A stretch of 49,722 nucleotides of DNA from NCBI GenBank assembly GCA_001872945.1, contig MNYC01000030.1, positions 1 through 49,722 on the forward strand, given 5' to 3'. Positions 9,153 through 17,991 of the stretch are shown here, piece after piece. The position numbers and the translations under genes are program-made. The stretch's first letter is position 1. Every line of letters begins with the position of its first letter. The stretch comes from a bacterium CG2_30_37_16. GTDB lineage: Bacteria > Patescibacteriota > CPR2. Below the pieces are notes generated by a model, which saw only the letters and a program-made list of their open reading frames with translations, made no database searches and was not told where the DNA came from.

Positions 9153-9440
9153 TTATTTAGAGTCTGCTTCTTCTTTGCTTTTAGCTGCTGCCCTTTCCAT
9201 TTTTTTGACTTTTTTGGAGTCTAACTGATCTCTCGATTCTTTAGCGGCCGTAACCCTTGCCCTAAATTTATCAACCCTACCGGCAGTATCAATCAGTTTT
9301 TGTCTACCGGTAAAGAAAGGGTGACAGGCTGAGCATAATTCTACTTTAATACTGGAAATGCTAGATTTAGTTTCCCATTTGTTGCCGCAGGCGCATTCAA
9401 CAATAGATTTTTCATAATTTGGATGTATTTCTTTTTTCAT
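9153..9440 (-). CDS. rpmE: 50S ribosomal protein L31 (Zn-binding type)
   Basis: MKKEIHPNY...CACG...[10 protein letters not shown]...GRVDKF. Confidence 0.97.
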   Translation of the reverse strand: MKKEIHPNYEKSIVECACGNKWETKSSISSIKVELCSACHPFFTGRQKLIDTAGRVDKFRARVTAAKESRDQLDSKKVKKMERAAAKSKEEADSK

Positions 9441-9548
9441 AGCCTATAAATATTACCATTTTAAAGAGCAATTATCAAGTACTTTCTTTTAAAAAGAATT
9501 GAATACCCGCAATAAATATGTTATTATATTTCTTGAATTAATTAATAT

Positions 9549-9610
9549 CACACATATAGTTTATTCGTTCCTCCCATTTATATGGGCCAAAACTTACTAT
9601 ATGGCGGAAG
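9549..9610 (+). promoter_or_regulatory. rpsB leader RNA (t44/S2-leader-like autoregulatory element)
   Basis: CACAC start; stem CATATAGT/ACTATATG with inner CCCAT/ATGGG hairpin; ends GGCGGAAG just before the rpsB RBS. Position and layout match t44. Confidence 0.65.
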
Positions 9611-9622
9611 AAAGGAATTAAA

Positions 9623-10327
9623 ATGGTAGAAACATCATTAAAGGATATGCTTGAGGCTGGAGTTCATTTTGGTCACCAGGCATTTAGATGGAACCCAAAG
9701 ATGTCGCCTTACATCTTCATAGAAAGAAATGGGGTCCATATTTTTGATTTAACGAAAACTAAAGCAGACCTTGACATTGCATTAAAAACTGCAGAGAAGT
9801 TTGCAAGCGAAGGCAAAATTATTTTGTTTGTAGGTACAAAAAAACAAGCAAAGTCAATTGTTGAAGAAACGGCAAATAATTGCAATATGCCCTACATAAA
9901 TGATAGATGGCTAGGCGGACTGATAACCAACTTTCAAACTATTTCAAAAAGAATAAGCAAGCTAAAGGACCTAGAGCAGCAAAAAATTAATGGCAAATTT
10001 AACGAATTATCTAAAAAAGATGCGGCAGCAGAAGAAAAAGAACTACAAAAATTATCGGGTTACCTTGGCGGAATAAAGGATTTAAAAAAAGTTCCGGATG
10101 CAATATTTGTTATTGACACCCACAGAGAAGACCTAGCTATTAAAGAAGCAAAAAAATTAGGATTAGCAATCTTTGGCATCGTTGATACAAATGCAGATCC
10201 GGATCCAATTGATTATCCAATACCGGGAAACGACGATGCAGTAAAATCTATTCGGTACCTTGCTCAAGTGTTTTCTGCGGCAGTTAAAGAAGGTTCTGCA
10301 GCCGTCCAAAAAGAAAAAGTGTCTTAA
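9623..10327 (+). CDS. rpsB: 30S ribosomal protein S2
   Basis: MLEAGVHFGH..WNPKM; RWLGGLITNF; DTNADPD; IPGNDDA. Confidence 0.98.
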   Translation: MVETSLKDMLEAGVHFGHQAFRWNPKMSPYIFIERNGVHIFDLTKTKADLDIALKTAEKFASEGKIILFVGTKKQAKSIVEETANNCNMPYINDRWLGGLITNFQTISKRISKLKDLEQQKINGKFNELSKKDAAAEEKELQKLSGYLGGIKDLKKVPDAIFVIDTHREDLAIKEAKKLGLAIFGIVDTNADPDPIDYPIPGNDDAVKSIRYLAQVFSAAVKEGSAAVQKEKVS

Positions 10328-10347
10328 AAATCTAACCAGGAGTTTAT

Positions 10348-10938
10348 ATGACTATAAGCGCAAAAGATGTTCAAAAATTAAGAATGCTAACCGATACTCC
10401 AATGATGGATGCAAAAAAAGCTTTGGAAGAAGCGAATGGAGATTTTGAAAAAGCAAAAGATATTTTAAGGAAAAAAGGCCAAGCTAAGGCTGCAAAAAAA
10501 GCTGTAAGAGAAACTAGGGAAGGCCTTATTAGCTGTTATATCCATAATGGTAAAATTGGAGTCTTAATTGAGGTAAATTCAGAGACCGATTTTGTTGCTC
10601 GTAATGAAAAATTTAAAGATTTTGTTCATAATGTTGCTATGCATATTGCTGCAGCTTCCCCCGCATATTTGACAAGGGAAGATGTGCCGAAAGATGTTCT
10701 TCTAAAAGAAAAGGGAATATTCAATGAACAACTTAAAAGTCAAAATAAACCGGCTGAAATTTTGGAAAAAATTGTTGCCGGAAAGATCGAAAAATTTTAC
10801 TCAGAAAACGTTCTGTTAGATCAGTCGTATATTAAAGATGATTCTAAAACCGTTAAGGATTTAACCACGGAAATAATTGCAATTCTCGGAGAGAACGTTC
10901 AAATTCGAAGATTTACCAGATATCAAATAGGCGATTAG
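10348..10938 (+). CDS. tsf: Elongation factor Ts (short form)
   Basis: MMDAKKALEEANGD; EVNSETDFVA; GENVQIRRF. Confidence 0.97.
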   Translation: MTISAKDVQKLRMLTDTPMMDAKKALEEANGDFEKAKDILRKKGQAKAAKKAVRETREGLISCYIHNGKIGVLIEVNSETDFVARNEKFKDFVHNVAMHIAAASPAYLTREDVPKDVLLKEKGIFNEQLKSQNKPAEILEKIVAGKIEKFYSENVLLDQSYIKDDSKTVKDLTTEIIAILGENVQIRRFTRYQIGD

Positions 10939-10946
10939 GAGGGCAA

Positions 10947-11501
10947 ATGGAAGAACAAATAAAAATATTCGATAGCTCGCTTGCTAAAGCTACAGAATAC
11001 TTAGAAAACGAGCTTAGAGGTCTTAGAACCGGCAGAGCAAATGCTGGGCTAGTTGACGATATTGAAGTTGACGCCTACGGCAACATGATGAAGATAAAAG
11101 GTGTCGCCAGTATCTCTGTGCCTGACGCAAAATCAATTGTAATCTCGCCATGGGATAGAAATCTTACTTCGGATATCGAAAAATCAATTCGTGCATCGGA
11201 TCTCAATTTAAACCCTACTAACATGGGCGACCACTTACGTATTAGTATTTCACCGCTAACAGAAGAGAGAAGAAAAGAGCTAACCAAGGTTGTAAAAGAA
11301 AAGGGTGAGGAAGCTAAAGTTTCCCTAAGGAACTTAAGACACGAACTTGTCGATAAGATCAAAAAATCGAAGAATGACGGAACTATAACCGAAGATGATG
11401 CCTACAAAGCAGATGATAAGGTTAATAAAATCGTTTCCAAATATAATGACTTAATTGACAAAATAGTTTCTTTAAAACAGCAAGAAATGATGGAAGTTTA
11501 A
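10947..11501 (+). CDS. frr: Ribosome recycling factor
   Basis: LRTGRAN; ISPWD; PLTEERRKEL; KVSLRNLR. Confidence 0.97.
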   Translation: MEEQIKIFDSSLAKATEYLENELRGLRTGRANAGLVDDIEVDAYGNMMKIKGVASISVPDAKSIVISPWDRNLTSDIEKSIRASDLNLNPTNMGDHLRISISPLTEERRKELTKVVKEKGEEAKVSLRNLRHELVDKIKKSKNDGTITEDDAYKADDKVNKIVSKYNDLIDKIVSLKQQEMMEV

Positions 11502-11514
11502 TTAGGAGCTACCT

Positions 11515-12192
11515 GTGCAAAAAAAACCGGATCATGTTGCCATTATTATGGACGGCAACCGTAGATGGGCCAACAAAAACAATGTTCCAATAAAAAGAGG
11601 TCATGAGGCGGGATACTATGCATTAAAGGAAATCGTTAAAGTTGCACCCTCTTTGGAAATAAAAATTCTAACGGTTTACGCTTTTTCAACCGAAAATTGG
11701 TTAAGACCAAAAAATCAGGTCTTAGATATTATGTCACTTATGACTACCTACATAGAGCAAGTGATAGAAGAACTGAACGCTAACGACGTTTGTTTTAAGG
11801 TGGTAGGCGACCTAGCCGCCTTTCCAAAGAACATAGCAAAAAAATTACGAACAGGAATTGATTTAACAGCCGGTAACAAAAAAATGATTCTTAATGTCGC
11901 CTTAAATTATGGTGGAAGAGATGAAATAGTTAGATCTGTAAATAAAATTTTGGCAAAAGGAGAAAAAGTTGATATTCTATCATTAGATAGCAATTTAGAC
12001 ACCGGCGGTCAAAAAGATCCGGATTTAATTATTAGAACCGGCGGCGCAAACAGGCTAAGTAATTTTCTACTATGGCAAGCGGCTTACTCGGAGTTTTTGT
12101 TTACAGATGTCTTGTGGCCGGATTTCAAACCGTCAAATCTTGAAAAAATATTGAGAGAATTCGCCGAGAGAGAAAGGAGATTTGGAAAGTGA
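11515..12192 (+). CDS. uppS: Undecaprenyl diphosphate synthase (cis-prenyltransferase)
   Basis: HVAIIMDGNRRWA; YAFSTENW; NYGGR; IRTGG..RLSNFLLWQ. Confidence 0.97.
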   Translation: MQKKPDHVAIIMDGNRRWANKNNVPIKRGHEAGYYALKEIVKVAPSLEIKILTVYAFSTENWLRPKNQVLDIMSLMTTYIEQVIEELNANDVCFKVVGDLAAFPKNIAKKLRTGIDLTAGNKKMILNVALNYGGRDEIVRSVNKILAKGEKVDILSLDSNLDTGGQKDPDLIIRTGGANRLSNFLLWQAAYSEFLFTDVLWPDFKPSNLEKILREFAERERRFGK

Positions 12193-13274
12193 ATACTACC
12201 GAAAAGTTTACCGAGGAACTTAAAGCAATTAATGCAAAAATTAAAGAATATATTTCATCGCAAAGTTTTATGTCAAAATTTAAACCGGAAGACATAAGAG
12301 ATGGAGTTTATTTATACCTGCTTAGGAGCGCCAAATCACTCCGGCCCGGCATTTTGTCTTTCAGCTGCGGCGCAGTTGGCGGCAATCCGGATAGCGTACT
12401 GCCTGCAGCAGCTGCCGTTGAGGTTTTTCACAACTGGACCTTGGTTCATGACGACATAATTGATAATGACAGCCTAAGAAGGGGCGGCGATACGGTGCAT
12501 GTTCATTTTCAGAAATTAGCTCAAGGGCGCGGCTACAGTAAAGCGGATGCCGAAGAATACGGCCGCAACTTGGCAATTTTAGTTGGGGATATCCAGCACT
12601 CTTTTGCAATTTCTCTTTTTACCAAGCTATATTCCGAGCACGAATTTGAACCGGCTTTAATTATAAAGCTTATCGATATGATGGAACTTGAAATGAACAT
12701 AGAGCTGGTTGAAGGCGAAACTATTGATGTCCAATTGTCAAAGAAACCAATCTTAGACATTACGGAAGACGATATTATTAGCATGTCTGCCGGCAAAACC
12801 GGCGCTCTTTATTCCTTTTCGGCAAAAGCCGGCGCAATGTTAGGGCTTGAGACTATAGACGAAAATAATCCGCAAATTAAATCGCTATCTAAGTTTGCTT
12901 ATAACTGCGGTGTCGCTTTTCAGCTACAAGATGATATTCTTGGAATAACCGGAAGCGAAGAAAAAATTGGTAAGCCTTACGGATCCGACATTAAAGAGGG
13001 GAAAAGGACAACAATTGTTTGGTTTGCTTACAATAACGCCACGGCAGCTCAAAAAAAGACTATTCTTGGCAACCTCGGTAAAAGAAGTCTTGAAAGGTCT
13101 GAGATAGATAAAATGGTCAGACTCTTAACTGATCTTGGCGGAATAAAGCATACATTCGAGCTCGCTAAAAAGCATATTGACTTAGCTCTCTTGGAATTGA
13201 ATAATATAGCAGATAGCATTTATAAAGATTTATTAAAATCTTGGGCTGACTTTATGATTAAAAGGAGTTTCTAG
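12189..13274 (+). CDS. Short-chain trans-polyprenyl diphosphate synthase (GGPP/FPP synthase, IdsA-like)
   Basis: KSLRP; FARM HNWTLVHDDIIDNDSLRRG; KTGAL; SARM FQLQDDILG; GSDIKEGKRT. Confidence 0.93.
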   Translation: MNTTEKFTEELKAINAKIKEYISSQSFMSKFKPEDIRDGVYLYLLRSAKSLRPGILSFSCGAVGGNPDSVLPAAAAVEVFHNWTLVHDDIIDNDSLRRGGDTVHVHFQKLAQGRGYSKADAEEYGRNLAILVGDIQHSFAISLFTKLYSEHEFEPALIIKLIDMMELEMNIELVEGETIDVQLSKKPILDITEDDIISMSAGKTGALYSFSAKAGAMLGLETIDENNPQIKSLSKFAYNCGVAFQLQDDILGITGSEEKIGKPYGSDIKEGKRTTIVWFAYNNATAAQKKTILGNLGKRSLERSEIDKMVRLLTDLGGIKHTFELAKKHIDLALLELNNIADSIYKDLLKSWADFMIKRSF

Positions 13275-14377
13275 TGAGCGTATATTTGTATAATTTTGTT
13301 AACATTTTAAGTTTTGTTTTTGTTTTCGGCCTAATCGTATTTGTTCACGAATTTGGCCATTTTTTTATGGCGAGGCGGGCCGGCTGCCGTATTGAGGAAT
13401 TTGGTTTTGGATTTGGACCAAAGTTATTTAGCAGGAAAAAGGGCGAAACTGAATATGCCATTAAACTATTTCCTATTGGCGGTTATGTCAAAATCTACGG
13501 AGAAGAAGGTGATGGTAATGCAAAAGACCCCAAAAATTTTGCCTCAAAAACGCCATTGCAAAAATTTTCGGTTCTAATTGCCGGCGTTACGATGAACTTA
13601 ATTTTGGCAATTATAATCCTAACTGGCATCTTTATTGTTGGTTTTAAACCGTTAATTCCTCAAACCTACAGGTTACCGGGCATCATCGACAACCAGAAAG
13701 TATTAATTCAGGACGCCGAAAAAGATTCTCCGGCCGAAAAGGCAGGAATTAAAGGAGGTTGGGAGGTAGTGTCCATTAACGAGAAAAAAGCTGGAAATTC
13801 TCTTGTTTTTGCCGAAATAGTAAATGAAAAAAAGGATCAGAATTTAGATATTATTCTAAAAAAAGACAGCCAGACCAAGGAATTTAATATTAAACCCATT
13901 AAAGATGATAAGATATACAAAATTGGTGTTTATTTAGAAGACAGCGGGACTATCAGAGCGCCTTTCTACTTAGCGCCAATTGACGCCGTAGTTTGGTGCT
14001 TCGATCTTGCCAAGCTAACGATAGTCGGTTTTTATCAATTTTTACATCAATTATTTACCAGTTTTAGTGTTTCCGAAAACGTAACCGGGCCGGTCGGCAT
14101 TTATAAGGCTACCGGCGCAATTGCTTATATGGGCTTCGACTATTTGATGCAGTTCACGGCTATAATCAGTTTGACCTTGGCTATTATGAATTTGCTTCCT
14201 ATTCCGGCCTTGGATGGCGGACACATTTTTATTTTGGGTTTGGAAAAGATTACCAATAAAAAGTTTGACGAAAAAGCTAAAAACACGGCGGCCTTGGTTG
14301 GATTTTCACTTTTAATTTTACTTATGGTCGTTATTACATGGAAAGATTTATTACGTTTTGATATTATTAAGTGGTAA
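13274..14377 (+). CDS. rseP: RIP metalloprotease RseP (M50) with PDZ domain
   Basis: HEFGH; PIGGYVKI; PDZ (DSPAEKAGIK); NLLPIPALDGG. Confidence 0.96.
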   Translation: MSVYLYNFVNILSFVFVFGLIVFVHEFGHFFMARRAGCRIEEFGFGFGPKLFSRKKGETEYAIKLFPIGGYVKIYGEEGDGNAKDPKNFASKTPLQKFSVLIAGVTMNLILAIIILTGIFIVGFKPLIPQTYRLPGIIDNQKVLIQDAEKDSPAEKAGIKGGWEVVSINEKKAGNSLVFAEIVNEKKDQNLDIILKKDSQTKEFNIKPIKDDKIYKIGVYLEDSGTIRAPFYLAPIDAVVWCFDLAKLTIVGFYQFLHQLFTSFSVSENVTGPVGIYKATGAIAYMGFDYLMQFTAIISLTLAIMNLLPIPALDGGHIFILGLEKITNKKFDEKAKNTAALVGFSLLILLMVVITWKDLLRFDIIKW

Positions 14378-14379
14378 TT

Positions 14380-15615
14380 ATGAAACAAAGTATTTTATTT
14401 TCAAAAACCAGAAAAGAAGTTTCAGCAGAATCCGAAAGTATTAATCATCAACTTTTGGTTAGGGGCGGCTTTGTGAACCAGCTTATGTCCGGCGTTTACA
14501 CCTATTTGCCTATGGGTTTTAAGGTTCTTAAAAAAATAGAAAATATTGTCAGAGAAGAAATGGAAGAAATTGGCGGGCAGGAAATTTTAATGCCGGCACT
14601 TCAGCCCAAAGAAAATTGGGAAATTACCGGACGCTGGGATACAATGGATGATCTGTTCAAATTCACCAGCTTTTATTCAAAAACCGATTTGGCAATTGGT
14701 CCTACTCATGAGGAAGTAATTACTCCCCTTGCAAAGCACCAAATATTTTCTTATAAGGACTTGCCAAAATATATCTTTCAGATTCAAACAAAATTCAGAG
14801 ATGAAGAAAGAGCCAAATCCGGACTTTTAAGAGGCAGGGAATTTCTAATGAAAGACCTTTATTCTTTTAATACTAGCGAAAAAGAATTGGATGATTATTA
14901 TGACGGCATGATTAAGGTTTACAATAAGATTTACAAACAGATTGGGATTGCCGACAAAACCTATCTTACCTTTGCTCCCGGTGGAACTTTCTCCAAGTAT
15001 TCTCACGAGTTTCAAACCGAAACGCCCGCCGGTGAAGACATCATCTACTTATGCAAAAAATGTAAGGTAGCAATCAACAAAGAAATTATAGATGAACAAA
15101 AAGTTTGTCCGGAATGCGAAAGTAGCGATTTAAAAGAAATAAAATCAATTGAAGTCGGAAATATCTTTAAACTTAAAACAAAATTTAGCCAGTCTTTCAA
15201 TTTGACTTATACCGATAAAAACGGAAAAAGTCATTTAATACAGATGGGTTGCTATGGACTCGGTATCAGCCGCCTTATGGGGACTATCGTCGAAGTTTGT
15301 CATGACGAAAGAGGTATAATTTGGCCCAAGGAAGTTGCGCCGTTTGATATCCACCTAATTTCTATTTCGGAAGATGAAAAAAGTAATAAAATTTATGAAA
15401 TTTTAAAAAAAGAAGGTTTTGATGTACTCTTTGATGACAGAGAGGAATCTGCTGGCAGTAAGTTTAAAGACGCAGATCTAATAGGCATTCCAACAAGAAT
15501 AGTGATAAGCAGTAAACTCGCAAAAGATAAAAAAGTTGAGATAAAGAAACGATCAGAATCTGATCCAGAAATAATTAATGAAGAAGATTTGATAAAGTAT
15601 CTAAAACGCTCGTAA
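14380..15615 (+). CDS. proS: Proline--tRNA ligase (short form without editing domain)
   Basis: GPTHEE; FRDEERAKSGLLRGREFLMKD; EVGNIFKL; MGCYGLG; ADLIGIP. ATG at 14380. Confidence 0.96.
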   Translation: MKQSILFSKTRKEVSAESESINHQLLVRGGFVNQLMSGVYTYLPMGFKVLKKIENIVREEMEEIGGQEILMPALQPKENWEITGRWDTMDDLFKFTSFYSKTDLAIGPTHEEVITPLAKHQIFSYKDLPKYIFQIQTKFRDEERAKSGLLRGREFLMKDLYSFNTSEKELDDYYDGMIKVYNKIYKQIGIADKTYLTFAPGGTFSKYSHEFQTETPAGEDIIYLCKKCKVAINKEIIDEQKVCPECESSDLKEIKSIEVGNIFKLKTKFSQSFNLTYTDKNGKSHLIQMGCYGLGISRLMGTIVEVCHDERGIIWPKEVAPFDIHLISISEDEKSNKIYEILKKEGFDVLFDDREESAGSKFKDADLIGIPTRIVISSKLAKDKKVEIKKRSESDPEIINEEDLIKYLKRS

Positions 15616-15659
15616 TCATATTGTGAGTTGCAAAAAATCGTGCTAAACTTTTAATACTT

Positions 15660-16709
15660 ATGCTAAATAGATTATTTGGTTATTTTTCGCATGATATTGG
15701 CATTGATTTGGGTACGGCAAATACCCTTGTTTATGTTAAAGGCAAAGGCATTGTCATAAATGAGCCTTCAGTGGTTGCTTTAAATATAAAAACTAAGCAA
15801 ATCTTAGCCATTGGCGAAGAGGCCAAAAAAATGGTTGGCAGAACTCCGGCCAATATTGTAGCCTCAAGGCCGCTAGTTGACGGGGTCGTTTCGGATTTTG
15901 AAGTTACCGAAATCATGCTTAAATACTTTATTGATAAAGTCCACAAAGAAAGTTTTGTCCTGTTTCCTAGGCCCAGGGTTGTTGTTGGCATTCCTTCCGG
16001 TGTTACCGAAGTTGAAAAAAGAGCGGTTGAAGATGCAGCTAAAAATGCCGGCGCCAGAGAAGCTTATCTTGTTGAAGAGCCTATGGCAGCGGCCATTGGC
16101 GCCCGTCTTCCTATTCAGGAGGCGGCCGGAACAATGGTGGTTGATATCGGCGGCGGTACTACAGAAGTTGCTGTTATTTCGCTTGGCGGAGTAGTTTCCG
16201 CCAGATCCATTAGAATTGCCGGCGATGAACTAAACGAAGATATTATTCAGTATGCAAGAGACGAATTCAACCTACTGCTTGGGGAGCGTACGGCAGAAGA
16301 TATTAAGATTGCCATCGGATCGGCTTATCCTTTAGAGAAAAAATTAGAAGCGATAATGAGAGGCCGAGATTTAGTAACCGGTTTGCCGAAGGCAATACCC
16401 GTTGATAGCGACCAAATCCGTCAAGCTCTTGCAAAATCCGTCAATATTTTAATTGACGCCATTAAAATTACGATTGAAGAAACGCCGCCCGAACTTGTTG
16501 CTGACATTATGGAACAAGGTATGTTTTTAGCAGGCGGGGGAGCACTTCTTAAGGGCTTAGACCAGCTCATTACATTAACTACTAAAATGGCTGTCCATAT
16601 TGCCAACGATCCTTTAACCTGCGTTGTAAGAGGAACAGGACTGATATTAGAAGATCTTGACTCATTAAGGGGCGTATTAGTTCCAACAAATTATAATGCT
16701 CCAAGGTAA
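15660..16709 (+). CDS. mreB: Rod shape-determining protein MreB
   Basis: IGIDLGTANT; EEPMAAAIGA; DIGGGTTE; AGGGALL. Confidence 0.98.
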   Translation: MLNRLFGYFSHDIGIDLGTANTLVYVKGKGIVINEPSVVALNIKTKQILAIGEEAKKMVGRTPANIVASRPLVDGVVSDFEVTEIMLKYFIDKVHKESFVLFPRPRVVVGIPSGVTEVEKRAVEDAAKNAGAREAYLVEEPMAAAIGARLPIQEAAGTMVVDIGGGTTEVAVISLGGVVSARSIRIAGDELNEDIIQYARDEFNLLLGERTAEDIKIAIGSAYPLEKKLEAIMRGRDLVTGLPKAIPVDSDQIRQALAKSVNILIDAIKITIEETPPELVADIMEQGMFLAGGGALLKGLDQLITLTTKMAVHIANDPLTCVVRGTGLILEDLDSLRGVLVPTNYNAPR

Positions 16710-16712
16710 AAA

Positions 16713-17495
16713 ATGAACAAAAAAAAATTGATAATAACCGCCATTAGCTGTTTTATGTTGATCCTTGTTTTGCATTACACCGGTCTTTCAAAGGGACCGG
16801 AAAGAGTAATAAAAACAGTTTTTTCACCCATTGGAATCTTTTTTTCCGGTATTGGTGAGAATTTTAAAAGCTATTCAACCGCTGTCTCAACAATTGGCGA
16901 TTTACAAAAAGACAATCAAAAACTAAAAAATAAGATTTCGACACTCATGACTGAAATTTCGACAATGGAAGAAGCAAAGAAGGAAAATGATAACTTAAAA
17001 AAGTTACTCAAATTTACACAAACAACCAAAGTAAATTATATTTCCGCTGAAGTGATATTCTATGATCCCTCCAATTTGAGACAAGCAATTATGATAAACC
17101 GAGGCAGTAAGGACGGAATTAAAAACGGAAATCCGGTAATTTCGGAAGGATATATAATCGGGCGTATTTCGGAAGTTAGTGAGACGTCTTCAAAAGTACT
17201 TTTAACAATCGACCCAGATTCAATTCTTCCGGCAGCCGTTCAGGCTACTTCTTCTACAGGACTTATAAAGGGCCAAATCGGCTTTGGTTTACTGTTGGAT
17301 AATATTCCGCAGGGTGAAAAGATCATAAAGGGCGATATTGTCATAACTTCCGGCCTGGGCGGAGAAATGCCCAGAGGTCTAATTATCGGCACTATAGATG
17401 AAGTAAATAGCCGTGATAACGGAATTTATCAGCAGGCGCGCGTCAGACCGGCTGCTAATTTAAAAAATTTAAGACAGGTTTTAATACTATACTAA
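16713..17495 (+). CDS. mreC: Rod shape-determining protein MreC
   Basis: TM + coiled coil; INRGSKDGI; GDIVITSGLGG..PRGL; follows mreB. Confidence 0.94.
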   Translation: MNKKKLIITAISCFMLILVLHYTGLSKGPERVIKTVFSPIGIFFSGIGENFKSYSTAVSTIGDLQKDNQKLKNKISTLMTEISTMEEAKKENDNLKKLLKFTQTTKVNYISAEVIFYDPSNLRQAIMINRGSKDGIKNGNPVISEGYIIGRISEVSETSSKVLLTIDPDSILPAAVQATSSTGLIKGQIGFGLLLDNIPQGEKIIKGDIVITSGLGGEMPRGLIIGTIDEVNSRDNGIYQQARVRPAANLKNLRQVLILY

Positions 17496-17496
17496 T

Positions 17497-17991
17497 ATGA
17501 AATATATAATCGCCTTATCTTTGCCAATAATTATTCTTTTTCAGCTTTCGCTTCTGGAAGGTTTTAAATATCTGCATTTCATTCCCAATTTAATTTTAGT
17601 TTTTTTTGTTTTTTTAGCTGTTTATATGGACCTAAAAAATTCGGTTATCTACGCTTTTATTATTGGGCTTACCTTGGATACTTTATCAATTAATACTTTT
17701 GGTATTTACTCAGCTTTTTATATTTTAATGGCAATCATCATAGACTTCATAAAAAAGTATATCGGAACAGCAAAAAGTTTTTCATTGGTCCTAATTTCTA
17801 CAGCCCTTTCAAGTTTGCTTTTAATTGTCATTGAATCACTAATTATTTCTTCCTTAAAGGGTTCTAATATCGGTGTGATCATGCCCATAATAAGCAGCTT
17901 GTTTTTAAGAGTTGTATCGTCAACCATGACTGTTTTCATTTTTTACCCAATATTTAATTCGATAAATATTAAGAATCCTACTTATGAATAA
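17497..17991 (+). CDS. mreD: Rod shape-determining protein MreD
   Basis: Hydrophobic; PNLIL, GLTLD..S...FG; position between mreC and mrdA. Confidence 0.85.
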   Translation: MKYIIALSLPIIILFQLSLLEGFKYLHFIPNLILVFFVFLAVYMDLKNSVIYAFIIGLTLDTLSINTFGIYSAFYILMAIIIDFIKKYIGTAKSFSLVLISTALSSLLLIVIESLIISSLKGSNIGVIMPIISSLFLRVVSSTMTVFIFYPIFNSINIKNPTYE

